A DNA stretch of 64,000 bases from Octopus vulgaris. Its lineage: Eukaryota. Both the position numbers and the translations under genes were made by a program. The notes below the pieces were generated by a model. That model worked only from the letters and a program-made list of their open reading frames with translations, was not told where the DNA came from and did no database searches. Shown piece after piece: positions 37,160-48,251 of this stretch (position 1 is the first letter of the stretch; each line of letters begins with the position of its first letter). Location: positions 20,460,001 to 20,524,000 of the forward strand of contig OX597814.1 in assembly GCA_951406725.2 (NCBI GenBank). Direction: 5' to 3'.

Positions 37160-39430
37160 ATTAGAAAAGAAAAGAAATTCCAGGTGTGGAAACAAAACCT
37201 GGAATCAAAGTTAACTTAGCAAAGATCAAAGTCTTAGTAAACAAGAGACTGGACAGGACACTTCCCATTTCAGGTAAATGGCTCTGATCAATATGTTGGA
37301 AGGGAGTAGGTTGAAATTCTATTTTGTGTACCCAGTACAAGCTCTGGACATATAGTGAAATAGAATGAAGGTTAACAGAGAAAGTAGTGTTTGTATGTGG
37401 AAGATGTACAGGAGCCATAAAAACTACAGATGCATAAGAAATTGATTTCCTCAAATGTTCAACCCAACCCATGCTAGCATGGAAAACGGACGTTAAACGA
37501 TGATGATGATGATGATGTTCCAGAAGCTCTCTGGAAGTTGTAGATAATTTCTGCCTCCAGGATGACCTAATTAGTAGCAGAAGAGGTTGTACAGAAAGTA
37601 TAATTTCAAGAATATGAATAAGATGGAGAAAGTTTTGGGAGCTTTTACCTCTGTTGGCAACCAAAGGTATTTCTCTTTGAGTAAAAGGAAAATTGTATGC
37701 TGCATGTGTATGAACTGCAATGCTACATGGTAGTGAGACATGGGCCCTGGATGCAGAGGACATACAAAGATTAGAGTGGAATGAAACTGGTATTCTCCAC
37801 TGGATGTGCAATGCCAGTGTATATGTACAAGAGAGCATTAGCATATTGAGAGTGTAGCAGAGACTCGGGTGAAATTCCTCTCTCGCTTTATTATATATAC
37901 ATGCATTCAAATGTTGAAGGGAACAGCTAGCCTTTGGCCACTGTTTGGATCCCATTGTGTCCACTACTCTGATTGGTTGATATTGGTGCAATTTGTCTCT
38001 TACTTGATTGCGCCAGTTTGCTGTGTATAACCAGTCGGAGGCCCTAAATTGGATCATGTGGGACAGCCTGTTCTCTATCCTGTTTGAGCCTACTGTTTCT
38101 TATAAAAAACTCAGCTTTTCTTCTTTCCAGCATCTTTGGTTCCAGACCTTTTAAGGTTTAGCCACTGACCACAAAGACACGGCCAGTTTCAGCAACAACG
38201 ATGACTCCACCGCCACAGCACCTATGTTGAAACTTACCAACTTCGTCCAACAACATTATGGCAACTTCCGTCTTTATTTCCACCATCATGTCCTTAATGT
38301 CATCAACATCATCTCTCTACATACACAGCTCAGTAAGCAATTCACCCTGGTTCCAACACTTCACCATGGATCAACAGCGAATATGCAACCTGCATGAACT
38401 CCTGTATCAAGTGACCCAGGCATCATAGCCACAACTTCACATACAATATATACCTGCAACTGGCTCGGTACCGTAACTTCTTGATACAGTATTTCAACTT
38501 TCATGTACGACTAACTACAAACTGGTATTATTCATCTTTATTGTGTCTGTGAACTTGCATCTCACTTCGATGGCTATAGACTCTTTCACCATCATCATCT
38601 TCATTGCCATCCTTATATGTTCTTAACACATGCATACGTCTATGTTTACACACACACACTTGCACTTTGTTCTCATGACGACCTGTCTATTATTCTGTAT
38701 ACATGATGCACACAGAGACACACATGTTAACGTATCAATAAATCTCCTCTTAATCAGTCTTATATGGTTGTGTCTTTTTCCATCAGGCATTTGTTTGTAC
38801 TATTCCAATATCTCTATGTTGTATCAGCTGTTTGATGTGGTACGAAAGAGCCATTCTCGCACCTCATATCGCATGGTCCCTTACGAGAGAAAAGTTGGTC
38901 ATAAGAGGAATTATATGCAGTGTGCAAGAGTGGAGACTGCATTGGTTTGGTCATGTGATGCAGATGAACGAGGACAGTAGTACAAAGAAGTGCTAATCAC
39001 TTAAAGTGGAGGAAAGTTGTGGAAGAAGGAAACCCAAAAAGACATAGGATGATGTATTGAAGGGCGACCACAAAACACTGAGCTTTATGGAAGAAAGGAC
39101 CTAGATATGTTGTGCACTGTTGTCCTCAAGAAGACCTGCCCACCACAACGGAATTGATATCCTAAAACCATGGTGCCACATAAAAAAGCATTGGTGTTGG
39201 TAGGACATAAAAAGTAATGGTGCTGGTGCCACATAAAAAGCACAAGTGATGGTACTACATAAAAAGCACACAGTACACTTTGTAAAGTGGTTGGCATTAG
39301 CAAGGGCATCCAACTATAGAAACCTAGCCAAAACAGACTATAGAACCTGATGTGAACCCTAGCCTTACCAGCTCCTGTCAAGCCATCCAACCCATGACAG
39401 CATGGAAAACAAACATCAACTGATGACGAT
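37160..39430 (+). mobile_element. Decayed RTE LINE 3' fragment (post-RT zinc-finger region to tail), interrupted twice
   Basis: KVNLAKIKVLV, SICWKGVG, AMLHGSETWALDAED and LHWFGHV motifs, with the tail aacccatgacagcatggaaa near 39390. Sequence resumes collinearly after 38885. Confidence 0.85.
37853..38885 (+). mobile_element. Solo LTR (Gypsy-like, 4-bp TSD)
   Basis: TGTAG...CTTACG (CA to CG) flanked by AGAG at 37849-52 and 38886-89, with an internal AATAAA near 38736. It splits the RTE sequence ttgagag|aaaagttgg. Confidence 0.7.
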
Positions 39431-39544
39431 TGTAGTGGTATATGTGTATGTATGTGCGTGTGTATATGTAGATGCAGACACCACCATATATGTATGTATG
39501 TATGTATAAAAGAATCTTTATACATGAAGATGGAACAAACAGGC

Positions 39545-39680
39545 TTTATTCCAAATCACTACAATTGTTTCAGTACATCAATATCAGCTGGTAACTGCTT
39601 AATTTTACACATATTATGCACATAACTGTTTAAATATAATCCAACGATAGCTGTATATCTGCGTGTCTTCAGGCAAATGG
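39545..39680 (-). ncRNA. Hammerhead-ribozyme-like motif with long stem II (Penelope-type 3' end), degenerate
   Basis: Minus strand: ccatttgc-CTGAAGA-(~94 nt with cagct/agctg and atat pairing)-GAAACAATTGTA-gtgatttgg-AATAAA. Confidence 0.5.
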
Positions 39681-40420
39681 GGGTCTAGGACACTGTAAGA
39701 TCATCTTTAGTTTCTCTTTGTTTCATGCTATTTTTAGCATTCTATTGACAAAGAACAACACCGAATTACAAAGTCATACAAATGAGAAAAAATATAAAAT
39801 AAACGAACAACTTATGTACTCTTCTTAACCATAGGGTTAATGTATATTTTAAAACCCGGTCACGAAAACAAATGACCCAGCCTACTAGGAGTAAAAAAAA
39901 TGTGTAGAAAACGAATATGAAAACAAAAATTTGCGCAAACTTTCGGAAAATTCACAAGATTCGATTTTTCCCTCGTAACTTTCAGGAAAATGGATATATA
40001 TTACTGAAATTTTTATAGAAATATCGTTCAAATGGTACAGATTACGATTATAAATAAATTTCTGAGGAAAATGTTTTCGGAAGAGGTAGGGAGAGGAGTC
40101 GGAAAATTCACACGATCCGATGTTTTCCCTTGTCTTGACTTTTACGGAAATAAACAACCATTCTAACATGTAAGTAGCTGGACAGGACCAGGAAGAATTT
40201 CTTATCTCTGCATCTATTACTGTTCCACTTCAAAGGAAATCAAGCACGGCAGGAGACCAAATTCTGTCTGCTTACAATCTTAATTTTGGCTCCATATCCT
40301 TATTGTCACCGGCCTTGTCACATATGCTTTGCAAGTCATTCAGAGAGGCTATTAAACCAAGAAGATTTACTCACACACCCACTTATCCAAAGATACACAT
40401 TCGTTTGTATGGTGCATACA

Positions 40421-40753
40421 TTAAAAAAAAAAGACTCCGCCGGTTACGACGACGAGGGTCCCAGCTGATACGATCAACGGAACAGCTTGTTCGTGAAATT
40501 AACGTGCAAATGGCTGAGCATTCCACAGACACGTGTACCCTTAACGTAGTTCTCGGGGATAATCAGCGTGACATAGAGAGTGACAAGGCTGACCCTTTGA
40601 AATACAAGTACAACTCATTTTTGCCAGCTGAGTGGACTGGAGCAACGTGAAATAAAGTGTCTTGCTCAAGGACACAACGCGTCGCCGGGAATCGAACTCA
40701 CAACCTTACGATCATGAGCCGAATGCCCTAACCACTAAGCCACGCGCCCTCAC
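40421..40753 (-). mobile_element. Young full-length tRNA-derived CORE-type SINE (family C) with 11-bp TSD
   Basis: A box tggcttagtgg, B box gagttcgattcc and CORE-like tccttgagcaagacacttt. TSD tggtgcataca at 40410-20 and 40754-64. Confidence 0.9.
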
Positions 40754-42496
40754 TGGTGCATACACACACACACTTAACATACATGCAATTGACAGTGCCA
40801 CTTCATACCATGAGGCCAAACCAAGGAGATTTACTTGCACGCACCCTTATACATACATATTCCTTTATTTGGCACTAATGTACATACATATATCTAACTA
40901 AACGTACTCACATGCATGTATGTATGTGCGTATGTGTGCATAATAATGGGCTTTACAAAATAAGTTCATAACAGACGAAGAGAATTTTAAATATTTAATA
41001 TGGACTAAAGCAAAATACAAATTATGTGATAATTACAAACTACCAAGTGAAACTAGACATTCCTTTGTCGCTCTTCTATCAGAAATGCAGTGAATCAGTC
41101 ACTAATCAGATGGAAGCTTATCAACAACGTTCACTTAAAGAGAGAATCTCTTTATTGCTAGCAGTGTTAACAGCTCCCTAAACTTTCTTTATTCAAGCTA
41201 CAAGGCTTTGCGAATACCCAGCACCATAGTTAATTAGGTTACCGAAGTAACAGCTGTCAACACATTTGAAAGGGTTTCTTTCACGTATGTTCTGGTAACT
41301 AATTACTCCAGCACACCTGCTTCGTATTAAGTCTTCTTTTTCAGCTCGCCAAGCATCTCTTGCGTATCCATAGTTTAATTTGGGCATGTCATTTGCCATT
41401 ATTGTCTGTGGCTACCCAAACTTAACAGTTTGACTGCTTTTCAGTCAAATTTTGTTCTCACGTATCATTTCTTTTTTAGTCCCAAATTTATCGAGTTACC
41501 CGGCCATGTAATTTTAGTTCCTTTTATTGTACTCCTTAAATTAAAATTAAATCAAAGTGTAATTAAAAAAAGTTCATATTCGAAATTCAGATTGCAATGT
41601 GGTTGGCTGCGAATGAAATTTTTTTGATATTATCATGAAATACACTACGATATACTGTACGTTTGTGAACGTAAATTGAATGTCTGGTCGCGTACATAAT
41701 CTCTGTATGTTTGTCGGTACACAATAGATTTTGTGAGTGCATTGTAAATTTATTTTCCATAACTTTAAGTTGTTGAGTGCCAAACAAAGGCGAAGGTAAA
41801 GAATACGTACACCACCCGTTTTCGGCGTAACAAAAACCCTAACCCTAGCCACCGGGTGTGCTTCTTCTTTACTTTTGCCATTAAAAACATTTTTTCTCGT
41901 CTTTTTAACATTTCTCCTTGTACCATTTCGACATAATACCACGTGCTTTTCTGGACAACTTTACTACTACTAACGAAAGAATACCAAAATGGCAATGCCA
42001 AAATTTGGGGCTAACGCAGTTTCGCACCTCTCCAAAATTTCATTAAAAGATATCCATTTTCCTAAAAGTTATGAGAAAAAAATCGGATCTTGCGTATTTT
42101 CCTGAAGTCCTCTCCCCACAGCCCAGTTCGCTGGCGCAAATTTCTTCATATTCGTTTAATACACATTTTTTTACACTCATTACACTTGCCTTTTTGGCAA
42201 CGTTTCGACATGCGAAACATTGCCCACTTGACATGCGAAACATTGCCCACTTTTTTTTTGTAGCTGGGTGTTAAAGTAAACACATTCCATGTATCATGGT
42301 AAGAGACAAATTCATAAATACGGTGTTGAATATGGTTTCACAATGGAAAAAAAGGTTAAGGGCAATTTAGCTGTTGCTTTGAGTGTACTTAAATTGCGCT
42401 GAATAGCCAATAGGATTGCTCGGTTGTGAAACGGTGATTTTCGCCCTACGGGGCAGAAAATTTTGTATTACTTGAATTTTTGTTACCTTTGAGGTG

Positions 42497-43921
42497 ATGG
42501 AGTTCGACTTGACGTCGAAGGACGATTTTCCCGTGATGGGAAAAGGTGAAACCATGGAAAACCCAGTAACCAAACAGTCATTCTCGGCCGCGGTAGGCGG
42601 CGCTATGATAGAGGTCGAATTTAAGATCGAACAGCTATACGAATACAGGAATCTTGTAAAAGTGGAAGGAGGTGAGATAAGGCTTGTACCGCCGCAAGCG
42701 AAAGTACAAGAAATCAGGGAAAGAATTGTGATTTATAAAGTGTACAACTTTAAAGAAAAAAAGATTATGGATGTGAAAAATGAAATTGTCGAGAAGTGCC
42801 TGTCCCCGGTGTGGGACAGAATTCGTCACATCGCGAGAGGTGCACGCAGTGCTACGGTCGAGGCGCACTTCGACACGGCAGAGGTGGCGAAAGAGGTGTC
42901 GTCGTTAACCCTTAAAAGCGACGACATCATGTTGCTACCCTCATATATGGGGAAACGAACTGCAAAGTTAGTGGTAGAAGACATACCCAGAGGGTACGAC
43001 ATCATGTGGGTGGCAGCGGCGGTCCTGCACAACATGGAACGTGAAATAACAATACTGCAAATGAGAAGGAAGGAGGTGGTACGGTGGAAGGGTCAGACTT
43101 TAGAACTCCTCGTACAGGCAGAGAACAAGATCTTGGAGAGCCTGCCTGACAGAATCTTTAATGAGGACGGTACGTCCATGAGAGTTTTGGTGGAGGGACG
43201 TAGGCCCAGATGCTTCAAGTGTGGAGAGAAGGGTCACGTCCGATCCAACTGTATTAAGAAAAAAAGAACAGAAGAAACGCCTACTCCAAGTGTACCTGTC
43301 ACTGAAGGGGAGGAAACAAGCAAAAACAACAAAATGAAGAAGACAAGTACGGAAACAAAAACAGATTCAATAGAACTAATGGACTACACACAAGTCACTC
43401 ACAAAAGAAAAAAAGAGAATACCCAGGACTCCCCTCCCCAAACAAGGAAAAAAACAACAAACACAGCAGACACACACATCAAGCAAATCCCCCAACCCTA
43501 CCCCCATGGCACTGTTTTCATTGGAAAACAGTTTGCCAAACCCCTCCCCATAAAACAAGATATAAAAAAGTGCATATTGAAAAACGAAAGAATAATAGCT
43601 TTCGATGAGAAAAATGAGAAAGTTTACAAATGCTGCAAACTTTCGAGATTTACACTGTATAGTAGAACCTCAGATGGGAAGGCAACCGCTCGCTTCGCGA
43701 AGGTAGGGGAGAACGAGTGGAAGGAGGAGGTTCTTCAGGAACACCTGAGGAACCGTCTATTAAGAGATGTGACCAAGGAGGTAGTGGAGGGCAAACTGGC
43801 AATAACTCCGGCAACCACACCCACCCAGAGCCCAGTGGCAACGCCGGTCAAGAGCCCTGCAGCAACGGAAGAAAGGGAAGCAGACAGATTGAAACTGTCA
43901 TGCTCCCTTTCGCAACCGTGA
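42497..43921 (+). CDS. LINE ORF1p (gag-like nucleic-acid chaperone with CCHC zinc knuckle)
   Basis: First ATG at 42497; SFSAAV N-terminal motif; CFKCGEKGHVRSNC (CX2CX4HX4C) followed by a K/T-rich disordered region. Confidence 0.9.
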   Translation: MEFDLTSKDDFPVMGKGETMENPVTKQSFSAAVGGAMIEVEFKIEQLYEYRNLVKVEGGEIRLVPPQAKVQEIRERIVIYKVYNFKEKKIMDVKNEIVEKCLSPVWDRIRHIARGARSATVEAHFDTAEVAKEVSSLTLKSDDIMLLPSYMGKRTAKLVVEDIPRGYDIMWVAAAVLHNMEREITILQMRRKEVVRWKGQTLELLVQAENKILESLPDRIFNEDGTSMRVLVEGRRPRCFKCGEKGHVRSNCIKKKRTEETPTPSVPVTEGEETSKNNKMKKTSTETKTDSIELMDYTQVTHKRKKENTQDSPPQTRKKTTNTADTHIKQIPQPYPHGTVFIGKQFAKPLPIKQDIKKCILKNERIIAFDEKNEKVYKCCKLSRFTLYSRTSDGKATARFAKVGENEWKEEVLQEHLRNRLLRDVTKEVVEGKLAITPATTPTQSPVATPVKSPAATEEREADRLKLSCSLSQP

Positions 43922-43949
43922 GTACATTCATTTTTCTCTCTCGCCCACA

Positions 43950-46900
43950 ATGGCTAAGCTGGGTTGTATAAATGTACGTGGAATGGGGTCGAAACGGAAA
44001 CAAATTTGTTTCCTGAACGACCTCACGACACACGGTATAGATATTGCTATTGCAACCGAGTCCAAGATGAGCGAGACCCAAGCGTTCTCGCCTCTTCTAA
44101 ATGGTTTCGAGAAATTTATTTCTCCTAGCCGAGGAAGAGGCAGAGGCGTGGCAGTCTTCATCAGGAAGAGCTTGGACTTGCAGGTAAGTACTGTCTTTCT
44201 GGACCCAGAAGGCAGGCTGGTTGTCCTGGATGTGACTCACGTAAGTAAACAGTCCTTCAGGTTGGGAGCTGTCTACGCCCCGAACGAGGGTAGACAGACG
44301 GGTTTTTTTCGGAACCTGGAGCCCTTTCTGGCGACGTCGAAAACAGTAATCCTAGTAGGGGACTTTAACACTGTCCTTGAAGCGCACATCGACAATGTTG
44401 GCTCAACCAATAGGAAGGGGAACCCTAGCCTCAAGGGTCTACTAGAGAGCTTTGATCTAGTGGACCGTTACCGACTGGATGAGCCGAGCGTTCCACAGTG
44501 GACGTGGAGTAACAACGACGGCTCACACAGATCGTATCTAGATAGGATATTTATTAAGAAAAGAGATAAGGATACGTTTAGTTGTCCACAATTTCATATT
44601 GTACCTTACTCGGATCACAAGTTTGTGACGTGTGAGGTGCAATTAGACAAGTGTCATAGACAGGGACCCGGGTACTGGAAGCTGAACAAGGCTATTTTGA
44701 ATTGTGAAGACTTCCGTACCCGGATTAAGGTGTTAGTTCAGAGGGCATTGTGTGGCACTATCATTAACAATAGATGGTGGCACGCCCTCAAAAGAGCCAT
44801 TCGTTTAGAGTCCGTCAGATTTAGCAATCAGCTAAGGATAGATAGGACTAGTCTAGAGGGCGATTTAGTTAAGAATCTAGACGAGGCAATGGAAGCTGGC
44901 TCTGCATCCGGAGTGTTGGCGGCAAGGACGGTATTGTACCGTCACCTTAACTCCAAACACGAAGGTTGCAGAGTCAGAGCTAAGCTGCGCGCTGGAAAAC
45001 GAGAAGGTATTAACGTGGCCGGATGGGCCCGTCGTGTGGAGAGTAAGAGAGGCAATAGAGCCTCAATCAAATCTTTGACTGACGAACAGGGACTAAAGAT
45101 CTATGGACAGGAGGAGATGCAAAAGTTTCTTCACCAGCATTTCGCTCGCGTGTTCGGGGGTGGTGGTTCGCTGGAACGGGGGAGGGCCTTAAAGGACTTC
45201 CTGGCCGGCGGACCGCGGCTCGCGGGGCGTGAGGTGGAGTGCTGTGAAGGAGCGATCACTCCCGCGGAGATAAAGGAGATACTGGCCGGATGCGCCGGGG
45301 AGAAGTCGCCGGGGTTGGATGGTCTGCCCTACGAGTTTTACCAAAGTATGCCGGACTTGTTCGGGGGAATACTGGCGGGCGTCTACACGAACTGGCAGCA
45401 GAATGGGAGAATTCCCAGTTCTGTAAGCCGGGGAGTGGTGACGCTAATCCAGAAAGACCCGAGCAAGGGGGATAATATTAGTAACTACAGGCCCATAACT
45501 CTACTTAATGTAGAGTTAAAGATTCTGGCCAAGGTGTTAGCAAAAAGGTTGACGGTTGTCGTGGAGAAACTTGTAGGGAGAGCACAGACATGTGCAATTC
45601 CAGGCAGGTCGATCCAGGACAATCTTCACCTTATACGCTACACCTTAGATAGGGTGGGTAAATTAGCCGGCAAAGGCGGGGTAATGGTTCATTTAGACCA
45701 AAGTAAAGCCTTCGATAGGGTAGACCACGGGTACCTGGCGACGGTCCTCGAAGCGACTGGGCTGGGCCCTGAATTTCGCGGGTGGATCTCCGCTATGTAT
45801 AGCGGCATCAAGTCCACCGTCCAGATAAACGGTTACCTAACGGAACCGTTTTCGATCAAGTGTTCAGTGCGTCAGGGGTGCCCCTTGTCACCACTTTTGT
45901 ACGTATTGGCTCTTGAGCCACTGCTGCGAAGGTTGGAGAGGCTGGGGAGTAACTCGGATGAAATCGGAGGTGGGAGGACGGTTACTGCTTATGCGGACGA
46001 CGTCACCCTCATCGTGTCCAAAGAGGCCCAACTACCTTGTGTAGAGGAGGCTATCAGAGGATACGAGGCGGTGGCAGGAGCAAAGGTTAACAAGGACAAG
46101 TCGGTTGGCTTGCGCCTCGGCACCTGGAGGAGCAAGCCGATATCGTCCAGTGTCGTGGGACACTGGACGGATGGCCCTGTTAAGTTGCTGGGAGTTTGGT
46201 TTGGACCAGACTCCCAAACGGAGAAGAACTGGAGTGAGGTGACGAGCAAGGTGGAGGCCATAGTACGGACCTGGTCCGGAAGGTCTCTGTCCTTGAAAGG
46301 AAAGGCGGAGGTGGTACAGATGTTCATTGCATCTGTAATCACCTACCGCCTGACCGTTGTCCCTTGCCCCGATTCATGGCTTAACAAGTTGGGACGAATC
46401 CTTTTCCGCTTTTTGTGGAAAGGAGGAAAGCCACTTGTGAGACGCTCCGTTTGCTGCCAAGAACCGTTAAAGGGTGGGTTAGGGATGCCTTGGTTGATGA
46501 TGCGCAGACATGCGTTGAGGCTAAGGCACCTCTGGCACCACCTGGAGGGTGATAAGGTGTGGAGTCCGCTGGCAGAGGGATTTTTCCCGAGACCGGCCTC
46601 CTTAGTGAAATTTAAACCCGGTTACATCAAAAGATGGAAACTGACTCCATGGCAAAAGGAGTGCCGACAGGCACTCACGCTGATCCACAGGACGGGCAAG
46701 GCCGGCTGCGGAAATACCACCTCGGTATTTTATAGAGGGCTGGTGGAGGCAAAAAATGACGACGTCCTAGGAGGGGCTCTGGGGTTCGATGAAGACCAGC
46801 TCGCCAACCTGTTTAAAAAAACTTTCAGGTCGGGGTATTTGGATAATTTCCAAAGATCCCTGGCCTGGCAGTGCTACAGGAATGCTTTACCTGTTCGCGA

Positions 46901-47339
46901 GAAGTTATCGCGGCACGGAGTTCCAGTGCCACCGACGTGTCCAAGGTGCGAGTTGGACGATGAAACCGTCCAGCACGCTTTTGTTCACTGTCGGAAGTTG
47001 TCCGACTTGATAAGTTACGCAGAACACGTGTTATCGCATCTGGGACGAGTACAGCTGTCGGCTGAGTCTATGATTAAGATGATACCGCCAACTGGACTCT
47101 CGAAGGAAGGTGAGGCATGTTTTCACTGCACGGTTGCAGTGGTAAAGGAATGCATGTGGAGAACGAGAATGGAAGGAGCCGCGATAGGGTCCTTTGTCTC
47201 CGGCCCCAGCTTGCTCACTTACTTCAGATATCATCTGAAGAGCAAAATGGGGCTGGAGAAGAGGACCTTACCGCGGGGTGTGTACGAGAAAAGATGGAAG
47301 GAAGTGGAAAGAAAGGTGGGTGTGAGAAACCCAGCTTGA
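43950..47339 (+). CDS. LINE ORF2p: AP endonuclease, reverse transcriptase and C-terminal zinc finger (1129 aa)
   Basis: EN motifs INVRG, TES, GDFN, YLDRIF, SDH. RT motifs KSPGLDG, NYRPITLLN, DQSKAFDRVDH, VRQGCPLSP, YADD. C-terminal CPRC-X8-H-X4-C. Confidence 0.97.
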   Translation: MAKLGCINVRGMGSKRKQICFLNDLTTHGIDIAIATESKMSETQAFSPLLNGFEKFISPSRGRGRGVAVFIRKSLDLQVSTVFLDPEGRLVVLDVTHVSKQSFRLGAVYAPNEGRQTGFFRNLEPFLATSKTVILVGDFNTVLEAHIDNVGSTNRKGNPSLKGLLESFDLVDRYRLDEPSVPQWTWSNNDGSHRSYLDRIFIKKRDKDTFSCPQFHIVPYSDHKFVTCEVQLDKCHRQGPGYWKLNKAILNCEDFRTRIKVLVQRALCGTIINNRWWHALKRAIRLESVRFSNQLRIDRTSLEGDLVKNLDEAMEAGSASGVLAARTVLYRHLNSKHEGCRVRAKLRAGKREGINVAGWARRVESKRGNRASIKSLTDEQGLKIYGQEEMQKFLHQHFARVFGGGGSLERGRALKDFLAGGPRLAGREVECCEGAITPAEIKEILAGCAGEKSPGLDGLPYEFYQSMPDLFGGILAGVYTNWQQNGRIPSSVSRGVVTLIQKDPSKGDNISNYRPITLLNVELKILAKVLAKRLTVVVEKLVGRAQTCAIPGRSIQDNLHLIRYTLDRVGKLAGKGGVMVHLDQSKAFDRVDHGYLATVLEATGLGPEFRGWISAMYSGIKSTVQINGYLTEPFSIKCSVRQGCPLSPLLYVLALEPLLRRLERLGSNSDEIGGGRTVTAYADDVTLIVSKEAQLPCVEEAIRGYEAVAGAKVNKDKSVGLRLGTWRSKPISSSVVGHWTDGPVKLLGVWFGPDSQTEKNWSEVTSKVEAIVRTWSGRSLSLKGKAEVVQMFIASVITYRLTVVPCPDSWLNKLGRILFRFLWKGGKPLVRRSVCCQEPLKGGLGMPWLMMRRHALRLRHLWHHLEGDKVWSPLAEGFFPRPASLVKFKPGYIKRWKLTPWQKECRQALTLIHRTGKAGCGNTTSVFYRGLVEAKNDDVLGGALGFDEDQLANLFKKTFRSGYLDNFQRSLAWQCYRNALPVREKLSRHGVPVPPTCPRCELDDETVQHAFVHCRKLSDLISYAEHVLSHLGRVQLSAESMIKMIPPTGLSKEGEACFHCTVAVVKECMWRTRMEGAAIGSFVSGPSLLTYFRYHLKSKMGLEKRTLPRGVYEKRWKEVERKVGVRNPA

Positions 47340-48074
47340 CCATGGAGGAGAGAGAGGAAGTGGAAGCTGCAGGGCCTCATAAATTGCCGGGGTGTAAAAG
47401 CGCCAGTGAGACTACAAGTTCACCTACTGTTGTTTGCTATACTAGTTATGCAAAGGTTATTATTTTATAACGAATTTAAACAAAATTTTTAACCGAATCT
47501 CTTAAATGTTTTTGTATGTATGTCCTGTATTTGTCCTTCTGTGTATTGATTTTCATAATCTTAATAAAGAAATATCTTATATTCGTTTAATACACATTTT
47601 TTTTTTACACCTATTACAATGTTTTTTTGTTTTGTTGGTCGGGTCTTAAAGTATACATTAACCAAAATTTCTTTCAAGATTGAGAAAAAATTTAAATTAT
47701 CTTATCGATTTACTCAGTTGAATTGTGCCAAGAAAGAAGGGAACAGAATGAAGACAATTTCGTGAAAGATTATCTAGATTCAAACATATCCTTGTTTTCA
47801 ACCGAGTAGAAAATATCAAATTTATTGAACAAGAAGTAAGCTAAGAGACACATGTGTCGACTGTTATGGGAGTTCTAAAGCAAATTTGTGCAGTTCAAAA
47901 TAATTTTCGTCTTTTAAAATCAATGAATTATTTTAGTGTTACAGAATGTCTCAAACCAATTGGAATTATAACTCTTGCAAAAGTATTTTAATAAAGAACC
48001 AAAGGTTGCGATACGAATTTGTTTTCAATGAAACGCAGGTAAAACAAATGTTATGGACGTATGTTTCTGATATC

Positions 48075-48251
48075 GGCGGACCGTCACCACACACCCCTTC
48101 TCTTTTTTTTTTTCTTTTTACTACAGAAACCCACATTCCGAATCTGTAAAAAGATTGGTATTTCAAAATTTAATAATTTTTTTACAGATTCGGTATTTCG
48201 GTAGCCGAAAAGAAAAAAAAAAGCAGAAGGTGGGTGTGGTGACGGTCCGCC
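48075..48251. mobile_element. MITE with perfect 18-bp TIR GGCGGACCGTCACCACAC
   Basis: TIRs at 48075-92 and 48234-51, with internal inverted ccgaatctgtaaaaa / tttttacagattcgg. No TSD seen. Confidence 0.8.

Larger units (their letters stand above)
42369..47575 (+). mobile_element. Full-length, apparently intact L1/Tx1-clade non-LTR retrotransposon
   Basis: Two open ORFs 28 nt apart, a GC/CpG-rich body and a 3' UTR ending AATAAAGAAAT (47563-73). The 5' boundary is approximate and no clear TSD was found. Confidence 0.93.

Noticed and set aside
37161-38057. 298-aa minus-strand ORF with a His run
   Set aside because: Antisense read-through across an RTE fragment, a (GAT)n tail and an LTR edge; a chimeric artefact.
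40680-40753. tRNA-like sequence with A/B boxes
   Set aside because: It is the head of a SINE with a TSD and no complete cloverleaf.
42143-42195. Possible long TSD of the LINE (similar to 47575-47620)
   Set aside because: The copies differ by several substitutions and indels, too many for an intact young LINE; interpreted as older repeat subunits.
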